From NCBI GenBank assembly GCA_963518515.1, contig CAUQIW010000014.1, forward strand, positions 3,359 through 67,358: a DNA stretch of 64,000 nucleotides, in the 5' to 3' direction. This document shows, in pieces, positions 46,906 to 55,714 of the stretch. The position numbers and the translations under genes were made by a program. Origin of the DNA: an uncultured Microbacterium sp. (GTDB taxonomy: Bacteria > Actinomycetota > Actinomycetes > Actinomycetales > Microbacteriaceae). Under the pieces are notes generated by a model. It did not search any database. It saw nothing but the letters and a program-made list of their open reading frames with translations, and had not been told where the DNA came from. Each line of letters opens with the position of its first letter. Positions within the stretch are counted from its first letter, which is position 1.

Positions 46906-47469
46906 TCAGTCCGGGTGGCGGATCCCCTGGGTGAGCAGCTGCGCCCAGCTCGCCGAGGATTCCTCGACGCGCGCGGTCACGATCAGATGGCAGAGCTGGC
47001 CGTAGGCCATGAATCGCTGGACATCTTCGTCGGTGCCCGCAGAGCGGTCCTTGGCGAACACCGTGACGCGCGCCAGGCCGGAGCGCAGCGCGTCGCCGAT
47101 CTCCGGGACATCGGCGACGGACTGCGCGTGCACCTGGAGGAGGAGGAGAGTGCGGTCCCGGATGAGGGCGGCATAGGCGCCGCCCATCGCGTCGAGAATG
47201 ACGCTCGGCTCGGTCGAGCCGACTCCCTCCGCTCCCTCCTCGAGCGCCTCGACGACGGCGTCGAAGCAGGCCCCGAGCGCAGCGGCGAAGAGCGCTTCCT
47301 TGCGCGGGAACAGCTTGAAGACATACGCAGGGGAGATCTTCGCCTCGCTGGCCACGTTCGCGACAGTGGTGCCGTGATAACCGCCGCGCGCAAACTCGCG
47401 CAGTGCGGCGGCCGCGACCGCGGGCCGACGGATGTCGGCCGTGGACAGGATCGAGCGTGGGGGCGTCAT
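46906..47469 (-). CDS. TetR family transcriptional regulator
   Basis: HTH AAAALREFARGGYHGTTVANVASEAKISPAYVFKLF. ATG 47469 lies 7 nt after TATAGT, a leaderless-type arrangement. The codons between TTG 47505 and this ATG are AT3-rich and look non-coding. Confidence 0.9.
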   Translation of the reverse strand: MTPPRSILSTADIRRPAVAAAALREFARGGYHGTTVANVASEAKISPAYVFKLFPRKEALFAAALGACFDAVVEALEEGAEGVGSTEPSVILDAMGGAYAALIRDRTLLLLQVHAQSVADVPEIGDALRSGLARVTVFAKDRSAGTDEDVQRFMAYGQLCHLIVTARVEESSASWAQLLTQGIRHPD

Positions 47470-47472
47470 AAG

Positions 47473-47510
47473 AGTGACTATACACTCACTAGAGTGATCA
47501 GCCAATCACT
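47473..47510. promoter_or_regulatory. two tandem candidate TetR operators AGTGA-N8-TCACT (sites 2 and 3)
   Basis: AGTGACTATACACTCACT (47473-47490) and AGTGATCAGCCAATCACT (47493-47510). Site 2 contains the TATAGT -10-like hexamer. Confidence 0.55.
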
Positions 47511-47560
47511 CCTCCTGGATGAGGCTGACCTGTGGACGATGTGGGCGTGGACCCTTTGCC

Positions 47561-48112
47561 TCACTCGACGTTCGTCGCCGCCCTCAGCTCCGCCAGCGTC
47601 GTGAGCACCGCGCCCGCGGGATCCCAGCGTCGCACGCAGCGCGCCCGAGCGTGGATGTCGTCGCCCACGAGCTCGAGTGCTGCCGCCAGGTCGGCGACGC
47701 GCAGCCGGCGGGCGAGGGCGACGTGCGGCATCCACTCGCCGGGCGCGGTGTGCGGGGCGTCGTCGCCGGGTCCGACGGCGGCGAGGATCGTCTCACGGAG
47801 GTCGAGCAGCTCTGCCGTGGGCACGATGCTGCGCGCCAGCACACGGCGATCGCCGACGCCGAAGAGCAGGGGAGCGCCCAGCGTGATCGGGAACGATGGT
47901 GTGTCGGCGAGGACCACCGGCTCGACCGTGGGCAGGTCGACGCGCGCGACCAGCGTGATGTGAGGGCGGTTGCTCGCCGAGGTGTGCGCGGCGAGGCTCG
48001 ACATCCCGTGGGCTGCGAGAGCGTCCCACTCGACGCGGATCGCGGCTTCCGCAGCGGGATCGAGAAGGAGCTCGATGGCTGCGGGGGAGCGCTGGGGCTG
48101 TGGTTCTCGCAC
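47561..48112 (-). CDS. 2H phosphoesterase / 2'-5' RNA ligase (LigT-like) family protein
   Basis: First H-x-T-x motif PHITLV and second H-x-(T/S)-x position PHVALA (Ala replaces Thr/Ser). GTG 48112 is chosen as the start. The upstream part of the track ORF is Arg/Ala-rich and looks non-coding. Confidence 0.65.
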   Translation of the reverse strand: MREPQPQRSPAAIELLLDPAAEAAIRVEWDALAAHGMSSLAAHTSASNRPHITLVARVDLPTVEPVVLADTPSFPITLGAPLLFGVGDRRVLARSIVPTAELLDLRETILAAVGPGDDAPHTAPGEWMPHVALARRLRVADLAAALELVGDDIHARARCVRRWDPAGAVLTTLAELRAATNVE

Positions 48113-48159
48113 GGCTCGATTATCCCGCTGCGACCCGAGCGGATGACACCGCTGAGCCC

Positions 48160-49383
48160 TCAGCTGGCCCCGCTGAGCCGCCGCTCGGCGAGCAGCGGCA
48201 CGGCCCGTTCGCGCGCGGCGCGGCGCGCGGTCGTGATCGCGCCGATCGAGACGACCTCCGCACCGAGGGTCGAGGCGAGGATCTCGGGGGCGGGCAGGTG
48301 CAGCTGTGCCGGCAGCACGGCTCGTGCAGCGGCCAGCACGGGCTCGATGCTCTCGGCCACGCCGCCGCACACGACCACCCTGGTCGGGTCGTACATGCTG
48401 CCGAGCACGCCGACCACGCGCGCGAGCGTCTCGCCGACGCGCGAGCACACGAGCAGGGCATCGGCATCGCCCGAGGCTGCCGCCATCAGCACGGTGCGCG
48501 CCTCGATGGGTCCGCCGCCGCGGGCGAGACGCCCGATCGCGGTGTCGGGTCCGATCTCACCGCTGTCGACCGCGGCACGCACCTGGTCCTGCAGCCCATA
48601 GAGCAGACCCTCGGCCGAGCCCACTCCGATGATGTGATCGAACACGACTCCTTCGCCGACGCCGCCGTGGGCGCCGTGCAGCACGTGGCCGTCGACGACG
48701 ACCCCGCCCCCGAAGCGCTCGCTCGCGAGAAGGGCCACGTAGTCACGGCATCCGATGGCCGCGCCCACCGATCCTTCGGCGATGGCGGCGAGAAGCGCGT
48801 CGTTCTTGATCTCGACCACCGGAGCCCAAGCGCCGAGAACCTCCGCGAGGCCGGGGTTCGTGCGCTCCCAGAACCCGTCGGGATGCGGAGGCGAGATGCC
48901 GTCGCGGTCGACCGGAGCGGCGACGCCCGCGCAGATCGCGAGGATGTCGTGCCGCGTCACGTCGGCCTCGGCCAACGCGCGGTCGAGCTGATCGACGATG
49001 GCCGCTCGCCGCGCGTTCGCCGACTGGCCAGACACGAGATCGACGCGGTGATGCACGAGCGTCCGGTCGCGCACGTCGGCGACCGTGACGGCGAGGTGGG
49101 TGTCGCCGGCGTCGATGCCCACCACGACGCCGAGCTCGGGAGCGAGTACGAAACGGCGGGCGGGGCGGCCTGAGCGATAGCTGCCCGCGGCCCTCGCGTT
49201 GGGCAGCTCGCGCAGAACCTGCGCGCTGACGAGGGTGTCGATCGCGTCGATGGCCGTCGACCGGGTCAGCGAGGTGCCCGCCATGGCCTCGGACGCGGTG
49301 AACTCCGCGGCCGTCCAGGCGAAGTCGAGGACGGCGCCGACGCTCGCGCGGCCGGTGCCGAGTCCTGCGGAGACTTCTGTCAC
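48160..49383 (-). CDS. ROK family transcriptional regulator
   Basis: N-terminal winged HTH. ROK sugar-kinase-like core (GIDAGDTHL, NDALLAAIAE, GGVGEG). Divergent from a sugar ABC operon. Confidence 0.85.
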   Translation of the reverse strand: MTEVSAGLGTGRASVGAVLDFAWTAAEFTASEAMAGTSLTRSTAIDAIDTLVSAQVLRELPNARAAGSYRSGRPARRFVLAPELGVVVGIDAGDTHLAVTVADVRDRTLVHHRVDLVSGQSANARRAAIVDQLDRALAEADVTRHDILAICAGVAAPVDRDGISPPHPDGFWERTNPGLAEVLGAWAPVVEIKNDALLAAIAEGSVGAAIGCRDYVALLASERFGGGVVVDGHVLHGAHGGVGEGVVFDHIIGVGSAEGLLYGLQDQVRAAVDSGEIGPDTAIGRLARGGGPIEARTVLMAAASGDADALLVCSRVGETLARVVGVLGSMYDPTRVVVCGGVAESIEPVLAAARAVLPAQLHLPAPEILASTLGAEVVSIGAITTARRAARERAVPLLAERRLSGAS

Positions 49384-49483
49384 GGGTCTTGACCTCACTC
49401 TCGTCCCATGCGAGAGTACCGTTCATCGAAGTTGATTCGCTCACTAGATTTACTCTGCGGATCTACCGGACGAAAGGACAACG

Positions 49484-50806
49484 GTGTCTGTCACAACTCC
49501 ACGCGTCGCCCGCATCGCCGCGGGCGCCGCTGCGCTCGTGCTCGTCGGCACGGCGCTGACAGGGTGCTCCACCTCGGGCGGCGCGGAGACGATCCGCTTC
49601 ACCTTCAACAAGCGCGAGGCGATCGGGTTCATGACCGATCTGGTCTCGCAGTACAACTCCTCGCAGAGCGACGTGCGCGTCGAGATCGACACGTCGGGTC
49701 CCGACGTGATCTCGGCGAGCTTCGTGCGCGGCAACCCGCCCGACCTGATCCTCGGGAACTACAACTACGAGATCGCGCGCTTCGTGCAGCGCTGCGCCCT
49801 GAGCGACATCTCCGACACCGATGCCGCGGCATCGGTGCGCGACGATCTGCAGCCGCTGATGGACCAGTACGGGTCGTGCGAGGGCCGAACCAGCGCCCTC
49901 CCGTATTCGGTCATGGCCGCATCGGTGATCTACAACAAGGACATCTTCGAGCAGCAGGGTCTCGAGGTCCCCCAGACCTGGGACGAGCTGATCGCGGTCT
50001 GCGACCAGCTGAAGGCGGCGGGGATCGACCCCTTCTACGCCACGTTCAAGGACGACTGGACGGTCGGGCAGGGCTGGTACGACTACACGATCGGCGGCTC
50101 CGTCGACACGATCGAGTTCTTCGACGACATGGCCGTCGAGGGTGCGGAGGTCGGAGCCGACTCCGAGGTGTCGTTCGAGAAGGACTTCGCCGAGCCGATG
50201 GACCAGATGATGCAGCTCGCCGAGAACTACACGAACGAGGATGCCGCGAGCAGGGGCTACGGCGACGGCAACCTCGCGTTCTCGAAGGGCGAGGCGGCCA
50301 TGTACATGCAGGGTCCGTGGGCTTTCAGCGAGATCGCGAAGACCGCGCCCGACCTCGCGCTCGGCACGTTCCCGCTGCCGATGACCGACGACCCCGCCGA
50401 CCTCGGCGTGCGCGTCAACATGGACCTCGGCGCCATGATCCCCGAGGGATCGCGACACCAGGAGGCGGCGCGGGACTTCCTCGAGTACCTCTACCTCCCC
50501 GAGAACATCGAGGCCTACAACGAGTCGCAGCTCGGCTTCACGCCGACGAAGGATGCTCCGGCCCCGAACGATCCGCGCATCGAGGGGATGATCGAGTACT
50601 ACGAGAACGGCCAGATCTATCAGGGTCCGTCGGTGCTCGTGCCCAAGACCATCCCGGTCATGAACTACGCGCAGGCGATGGTGCTGGGCGCCTCGACCGA
50701 GTCGACGCTGCGCACCATGGACGCGGACTGGGCTCGCATCGCCTTCCGCGCACCCATTCCCACCACCGATGATGCGGCCAGCGAGACAGAGGAGTCCGCA
50801 CCGTGA
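49484..50806 (+). CDS. sugar ABC transporter substrate-binding lipoprotein
   Basis: Signal with lipobox LTGC. Family-1 solute-binding-protein-like sequence. GTG start follows GAAAGGA. Confidence 0.9.
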   Translation: MSVTTPRVARIAAGAAALVLVGTALTGCSTSGGAETIRFTFNKREAIGFMTDLVSQYNSSQSDVRVEIDTSGPDVISASFVRGNPPDLILGNYNYEIARFVQRCALSDISDTDAAASVRDDLQPLMDQYGSCEGRTSALPYSVMAASVIYNKDIFEQQGLEVPQTWDELIAVCDQLKAAGIDPFYATFKDDWTVGQGWYDYTIGGSVDTIEFFDDMAVEGAEVGADSEVSFEKDFAEPMDQMMQLAENYTNEDAASRGYGDGNLAFSKGEAAMYMQGPWAFSEIAKTAPDLALGTFPLPMTDDPADLGVRVNMDLGAMIPEGSRHQEAARDFLEYLYLPENIEAYNESQLGFTPTKDAPAPNDPRIEGMIEYYENGQIYQGPSVLVPKTIPVMNYAQAMVLGASTESTLRTMDADWARIAFRAPIPTTDDAASETEESAP

Positions 50807-51759
50807 GCACCACCGCCCCGTCGAACATGACGCGGCCCAACAGCCCGACGACCGACACCACGTCGATCGTCACCGGTCAGGGCCGAAAGCTCAAGAAGCG
50901 CTCGAAGCGCGTCGAGCCGATCTACTACCTGTTCCTCCTGCCGACGCTGGTGCTCTTCACGCTGGCGATCACGGTGCCGGCGGTCATGGGCATCTTCTTC
51001 AGCTTCACCGACTCGATCGGCATCGGCGAGTGGAGCTTCAGCGGGTTCACCAACTACATCGCGATGTTCAGCGACCCGGCGATCCTGCAGAGCTACCTGT
51101 TCACCTTCGGGTTCTCGATCGCGACGGTCATCGTCGTCAACGTGATCGCTTTCCTCCTGGCGGTGGGGCTGACCTCCCGCATCCGCTTCAAGACCGGTCT
51201 GCGCACCATCTTCGTGATCCCGATGGTGATCTCGGGCATCATCATCGCCTACGTCTTCAACTTCCTCTTCTCCAACTCGCTGCCGGCCGCCGGCGCCGCG
51301 GCGGGCATCCCATGGCTCGAGACCAGCCTGCTCGCCAACCCCGACCTGGCGTGGATCGCGATCGTGATCGTGACCGCGTGGCAGGCCGTTCCCGGCGCGC
51401 TGCTGATCTACATCGCCGGCCTGCTCTCGGTGCCCGGCGAGGTCTACGAGGCCGCATCGATCGACGGCGCGAGCAAGACGCAGCAGCTGACGCGCATCAC
51501 CATCCCGCTGGTCCTGGGGTACGTGGTCATCAACGTGATCCTCGGATTCAAGGGCTTCCTCAACGCCTACGACATCATCGTGGGACTCACGAACGGAGGA
51601 CCGGGCACCTCCACCCGCAGCGTCGCGATGACGATCATCGCGGGCTTCAACGGCGGCGACTACGCCTATCAGATGGCGAACGCGACCATCTTCTTCATCG
51701 TCGCCGTGCTCGTCTCCCTGCTTCAGCTCTCGCTGACCCGCGGAAGGAACTCCCTCTGA
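50803..51759 (+). CDS. sugar ABC transporter permease (MalF-type)
   Basis: EAA loop YEAASIDGASKTQQLTRITIPL. GTGA overlap with the binding-protein gene. Confidence 0.9.
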   Translation: MSTTAPSNMTRPNSPTTDTTSIVTGQGRKLKKRSKRVEPIYYLFLLPTLVLFTLAITVPAVMGIFFSFTDSIGIGEWSFSGFTNYIAMFSDPAILQSYLFTFGFSIATVIVVNVIAFLLAVGLTSRIRFKTGLRTIFVIPMVISGIIIAYVFNFLFSNSLPAAGAAAGIPWLETSLLANPDLAWIAIVIVTAWQAVPGALLIYIAGLLSVPGEVYEAASIDGASKTQQLTRITIPLVLGYVVINVILGFKGFLNAYDIIVGLTNGGPGTSTRSVAMTIIAGFNGGDYAYQMANATIFFIVAVLVSLLQLSLTRGRNSL

Positions 51760-52637
51760 TGTCGACGCAGACACTCACGACCGTCACCGAGTCGGGCAAG
51801 AAGCCGCGCACCCGCATGGAGCGGGTCAACTGGTCGGGAACGATCATCCTGATCCTGGCCGCGGTGACCGTGCTGCTGCCGCTGTACGTCACTCTGACGA
51901 TGGCGTTCAAGACGACCGCGCAGGCCGTCGACGGCAACGCGTTCTCCCTGCCGGCCCCGTTCAGCATCGACGGCTTCGTCGAGGCCTGGAACCTCACGAA
52001 GTTCCCGGTGGGCGCGGCGATCTCGCTGTTCGTCACGGCCGGCACGGTCATCGCGACCATCGTGCTCGCGGCATTCGCCTCCTACGCGATCGTCCGCAAC
52101 TGGGACCACCGGCTGTTCCGGTACTCGTTCTTCTACCTGCTCGCCGCGATGTTCATCCCGTTCCCCGTGGTGGCGCTCCCGCAGATCCAGCTCACCGGGT
52201 ATGTGCGCTTGGACAACCCCTTCGGCGTGATCATCCTCGCGACGATGTTCCAGCTGAGCTTCAGCGTCCTGCTGTTCACCGCCTTCCTCCGGTCGATCCC
52301 GATCGAGCTGGAGGAGAGCGCACGCATCGACGGAGCATCCACCTGGCAGACGTTCTGGCAGCTGATCTTCCCGCTGCTCGCGCCGATGAGCGCCACCGTC
52401 GGCATCTTCGCCTTCCTTTACGCCTGGAACGACTTCATGATGCCGTCGCTGATCATCTCCGACCCCACGATGCAGACGCTGCCGGTGCGGCAGAACCTGT
52501 TCCAGACCCAGTTCAGCAACAACTACAACGTGTCGTTCGCCTCGTACCTCATGGCGATGGCGCCCGCGATCCTGGCGTACCTGTTCACGCAGCGCTTCGT
52601 CATGGAGGGCGTGACGCAGGGTGCCGTCAAGGGCTGA
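51759..52637 (+). CDS. sugar ABC transporter permease (MalG-type)
   Basis: EAA loop EESARIDGASTWQTFWQLIFPL. TGATG overlap with the upstream permease. Confidence 0.9.
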   Translation: MSTQTLTTVTESGKKPRTRMERVNWSGTIILILAAVTVLLPLYVTLTMAFKTTAQAVDGNAFSLPAPFSIDGFVEAWNLTKFPVGAAISLFVTAGTVIATIVLAAFASYAIVRNWDHRLFRYSFFYLLAAMFIPFPVVALPQIQLTGYVRLDNPFGVIILATMFQLSFSVLLFTAFLRSIPIELEESARIDGASTWQTFWQLIFPLLAPMSATVGIFAFLYAWNDFMMPSLIISDPTMQTLPVRQNLFQTQFSNNYNVSFASYLMAMAPAILAYLFTQRFVMEGVTQGAVKG

Positions 52638-52655
52638 GGTACCCGCCGCGAGTTC

Positions 52656-52749
52656 GGTCGTTGAGCGAGGCTGGCGGAGCCGCCCGAGACGAAACGCCCG
52701 AAGGGGGCCCGAGAACCCGTATCTGGGTCCCTGAGCCTGTCGAAGGGCC
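52656..52749. repeat. dispersed repeat copy B: 41-nt module GGTCGTTGAGCGAGG...CGAGACGAAACG plus inverted GGGTCCCTGAGCCTGTCGAAGGGCC module
   Basis: Module a at 52656-52696 aligns with 54536-54576 and 59903-59943. Module b at 52725-52749 is the reverse complement of 16771-16795. Confidence 0.85.
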
Positions 52750-52789
52750 CCCGAGAACCACCGCAAGAAAGAAGGAGCAACACCCCCTC

Positions 52790-54469
52790 ATGACTGATGC
52801 GCTTCTCCTCGAGACCAGCGACGACACGACGGCAGCGTGGTGGCGACAGGCCGCCGTCTACCAGATCTACCCGCGGAGCTTCGCGGATGCGAACGGCGAC
52901 GGTCTCGGAGACCTCCCGGGAATCGTCTCCCGCGCCGACTATCTCGAGCAACTGGGCATCGATGCGGTCTGGCTGAGCCCGTTCTACCCGTCAGCGCTCG
53001 CGGACGGGGGCTACGACGTGGCCGACTACCGCAACGTCGACCCTCGGCTCGGAACCCTCGACGACTTCGACGCGATGGTCGCCGCACTGCACGAGCGCGA
53101 CATCAAGGTGGTCGTCGACATCGTGCCGAACCACTCCTCCGACCTGCACGAGTGGTTCCAGGAGGCGCTCGCCGCAGGACGCGGTTCGGCCGCCCGCGAG
53201 CGGTACATCTTCCGCGAGGGCTCCGGTCCCGACGGCGCGGAGCCTCCGACCGACTGGACCGCGGCCTTCGGAGGGTCGGCATGGGAGCGCGTCGAAGACG
53301 GGCAGTGGTATCTGCACAGCTTCGCGCCGGAGCAGCCCGATCTGAACTGGGCTCACCCCGAGGTCCGCGAGGACTTCCTTGAGACTCTGCGCTTCTGGTC
53401 TGACCGCGGCGTCGACGGATTCCGCATCGATGTGGCCCATATGCTCACGAAGGATCTCACCGAGCCACTGCCGAGTCGTGCCGAGCTCGAGCTGATCCCG
53501 CAGGACGGCAACCACCCGCTGAACGACCGCGACGACGTGCACGAGATCTACGCGGAATGGCGTCGGGTCTTCAACGAGTACGACCCTCCCCGCACGGCTG
53601 TGGCCGAGGCGTGGGTGAGCACGCCGGAGCGCCGTGCGAAGTACGCCTCGGCCGAGGGGCTGGGGCAGGCGTTCAACTTCGACCTGCTCGTGGCGGACTT
53701 CGACGCCGAGCAGTTCCGCACGATCATCGCCGACAACCTCGAGCAGGCGCGCATCACCGGGTCGTCGTCGACGTGGGTGCTGTCGAACCACGACGTCACC
53801 CGCCACGCGACCCGCTACGGACTCGCGCCTCTGGCGGGCAAGGGGTACAAGCAGGGTGTCGCGTGGGTGGCCGCGGGGGGACCTGCCGATCAGCTCGACC
53901 GGGATCGCGGACTCCGTCGGGCCCACGCGGCCACGCTGCTGCTGCTCGGGCTTCCCGGCAGCACGTACCTGTACCAGGGAGAGGAGCTCGGGCTCCACGA
54001 GGTGGCCGAGATCGGCCCCGACCAGCGTCAGGATCCGGCATTCTTCCGCGGTGCGGACTTCGACGGCCTGGGCAGGGACGGATGCCGCGTGCCGCTGCCC
54101 TGGACGGCGTCGGGGGAGTCCTTCGGCTTCGGCGACGGCGATTCCCATCTGCCGCAGCCCGCGTGGTTCGCGGAGTACGCGGTGGATGTCGAGGAGAAGG
54201 ATCCGTCGTCGACGCTGGCTCTCTACCGTGAGGCGCTGCGTCTGCGCCACATCCTGCAGACAGGCGAGAGCCTCGAGTGGATCGAGACCGGACGAGCCGA
54301 CGTGCTGCGCTTCGCCCGCCCGAACGGCTGGCAGGTCGTCACGAACTTCGGTTCGGAGCCCTTCGACCTGGGTGCCGAGGCGGCTGACGTCGTGCTCGGG
54401 CCGGTGGTCGAGGGTGCCCTGCCCTCCGATTCGACGGTCTGGATCGCTCCCGCCGAGCTCATCGGCTGA
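52790..54469 (+). CDS. GH13 alpha-glucosidase (oligo-1,6-glucosidase-like)
   Basis: YQIYPRSFAD, DIVPNHSS, GFRIDVAHM and NHD motifs of GH13 conserved regions. ATG 52790 follows GAAGGAG. Confidence 0.9.
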   Translation: MTDALLLETSDDTTAAWWRQAAVYQIYPRSFADANGDGLGDLPGIVSRADYLEQLGIDAVWLSPFYPSALADGGYDVADYRNVDPRLGTLDDFDAMVAALHERDIKVVVDIVPNHSSDLHEWFQEALAAGRGSAARERYIFREGSGPDGAEPPTDWTAAFGGSAWERVEDGQWYLHSFAPEQPDLNWAHPEVREDFLETLRFWSDRGVDGFRIDVAHMLTKDLTEPLPSRAELELIPQDGNHPLNDRDDVHEIYAEWRRVFNEYDPPRTAVAEAWVSTPERRAKYASAEGLGQAFNFDLLVADFDAEQFRTIIADNLEQARITGSSSTWVLSNHDVTRHATRYGLAPLAGKGYKQGVAWVAAGGPADQLDRDRGLRRAHAATLLLLGLPGSTYLYQGEELGLHEVAEIGPDQRQDPAFFRGADFDGLGRDGCRVPLPWTASGESFGFGDGDSHLPQPAWFAEYAVDVEEKDPSSTLALYREALRLRHILQTGESLEWIETGRADVLRFARPNGWQVVTNFGSEPFDLGAEAADVVLGPVVEGALPSDSTVWIAPAELIG

Positions 54470-54484
54470 GTCCCGCACGCGCCG

Positions 54485-54576
54485 CGTTTCGTCTCGGTGC
54501 TCCGCTCCTCGCTCAACGACCGTGGGGTGACCTCCGGTCGTTGAGCGAGCACGGCGGAGCCGAGCGAGACGAAACG
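54485..54576. repeat. dispersed repeat copy C: two module-a units in inverted orientation forming an approximately 92-nt imperfect hairpin
   Basis: Outer 12 bp (CGTTTCGTCTCG / CGAGACGAAACG) and inner 14 bp (CTCGCTCAACGACC / GGTCGTTGAGCGAG) pair perfectly. It starts 16 nt after the alpha-glucosidase stop. Confidence 0.85.
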
Positions 54577-54617
54577 TGGTGGGTCAGAGCTCCGCACCTC
54601 GACCGAGGACCACGATT

Positions 54618-54632
54618 TGATAATGGTTCTCA
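54618..54632. promoter_or_regulatory. candidate Zur box TGATAATGGTTCTCA
   Basis: 12 of 15 matches to the actinobacterial Zur core as I recall it (TGAAAATGATTTTCA). AT-rich island about 20 nt upstream of the znuA-like ATG. A Zur-type regulator is encoded in the same cluster. Confidence 0.55.
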
Positions 54633-54652
54633 TTAGTGTTTAGAGTGTGAAC

Positions 54653-55714
54653 ATGAAGAAGCCGGTCGTCGCCCTCGCCCTCGCATCCATCGCCGCCCTG
54701 ACGCTGGCCGGATGCTCCACTCCCGCCGCGGGAGAGGGCAGCGACGACGGCGTCATCCAGGTCACCGCGAGCACCAACGTCTACGGATCGCTCGCCGCCG
54801 AGATCGGCGGGGACCGCGTCGACGTGACCTCGATCATCACCTCCGCATCGCAGGATCCGCACTCGTATGAGGCGACCGCACGTGACCGTCTGTCGGTGCA
54901 GAAGGCCGACCTCGTGATCGAGAACGGCGGCGGATACGACGCCTTCGTCGAGACTCTGCTCGCCGACGCACAGGACCCGCACGTCGTCACGGCCGTCGAG
55001 TACGCCCACGACTACCCCGGCAACGAGGGGCACGAGCACGCCGAGGATGACGACCACTCCGACGGTGAGCACGCCGACGAGACGACCGAGACGACCGACG
55101 CACCGGCGACCGAGGACGCCGCGACCGAGGAAGAAGCCCACGACCACGCCGAGGACGGCGACGATCACGCCGGGCACGACCACATCGAGGGCTTCAACGA
55201 GCACGTCTGGTTCGACCCGCACACGATGATCCACGTGGTCGAGGCCATCGCCGACGAGCTCGCCGAGATCGATCCAGACGGCGAGGCGGAGTTCACCGCC
55301 AACGCCGCCGACATCGTCACCGAGCTCGAGGGCTTCGAGGCCGAGCTCGCCACGCTGAAGACGGATGCCGCAGGGGCGAACGTCGTGATCACCGAGCCGC
55401 TGCCCGGATACATCGCCGCCGCTGCCGGACTCAGCGATGTCACCCCGGAGGGCTTCGCCGAGGCATCCGAGGAGGGGACGGACGTGGCACCGGCGATCCT
55501 GCTCGCGACGCTGCAGGTCATCGAGGGCGGCGAGGTGCGCGCGGTGCTCACGAACGCGCAGACCGGCGGCCCCGAGACCCAGCGCGTCGAGCAGGCGGCC
55601 GAGGACGCCGGCATCCCGGTCGTGCCGTTCACAGAGCTGCTGCCCGACGGTTCGTCGTACTCTGAGTGGATGAGTGACGCGATCCAGAACCTCGCCGACG
55701 CGCTCCAGTCGTGA
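54653..55714 (+). CDS. znuA: zinc ABC transporter substrate-binding lipoprotein (ZnuA/TroA cluster A-I) with long His/Asp/Glu-rich loop
   Basis: Lipobox LAGC. DPHSYE and HVWFDP metal-site motifs. Acidic/His loop HEHAEDDDHSDGEH...HDHAEDGDDHAGHDH. Confidence 0.85.
   Translation: MKKPVVALALASIAALTLAGCSTPAAGEGSDDGVIQVTASTNVYGSLAAEIGGDRVDVTSIITSASQDPHSYEATARDRLSVQKADLVIENGGGYDAFVETLLADAQDPHVVTAVEYAHDYPGNEGHEHAEDDDHSDGEHADETTETTDAPATEDAATEEEAHDHAEDGDDHAGHDHIEGFNEHVWFDPHTMIHVVEAIADELAEIDPDGEAEFTANAADIVTELEGFEAELATLKTDAAGANVVITEPLPGYIAAAAGLSDVTPEGFAEASEEGTDVAPAILLATLQVIEGGEVRAVLTNAQTGGPETQRVEQAAEDAGIPVVPFTELLPDGSSYSEWMSDAIQNLADALQS

Noticed and set aside
47503-47516. TTG 47505 preceded by a perfect AGGAGG as the TetR start
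   Set aside because: The 12 codons between TTG 47505 and ATG 47469 are AT3-rich (gct, gat, tct, agt, tgt, ata, act, ctt), unlike the coding sequence here. They consist of the operator palindromes, and the ATG has leaderless-promoter geometry.
49399-49483. AGAGTA ... TACTCT inverted repeat as the ROK regulator operator
   Set aside because: The arms are only 6 bp and are separated by about 36 nt. This is not distinguishable from chance by eye.
52661-52789. N-terminal extension of the alpha-glucosidase (track start 52661), and likewise the E2 extension from 43781
   Set aside because: The extensions translate dispersed repeat elements and lack an RBS. Strong RBS/ATG combinations exist at 52790 and 43895, where family similarity begins.
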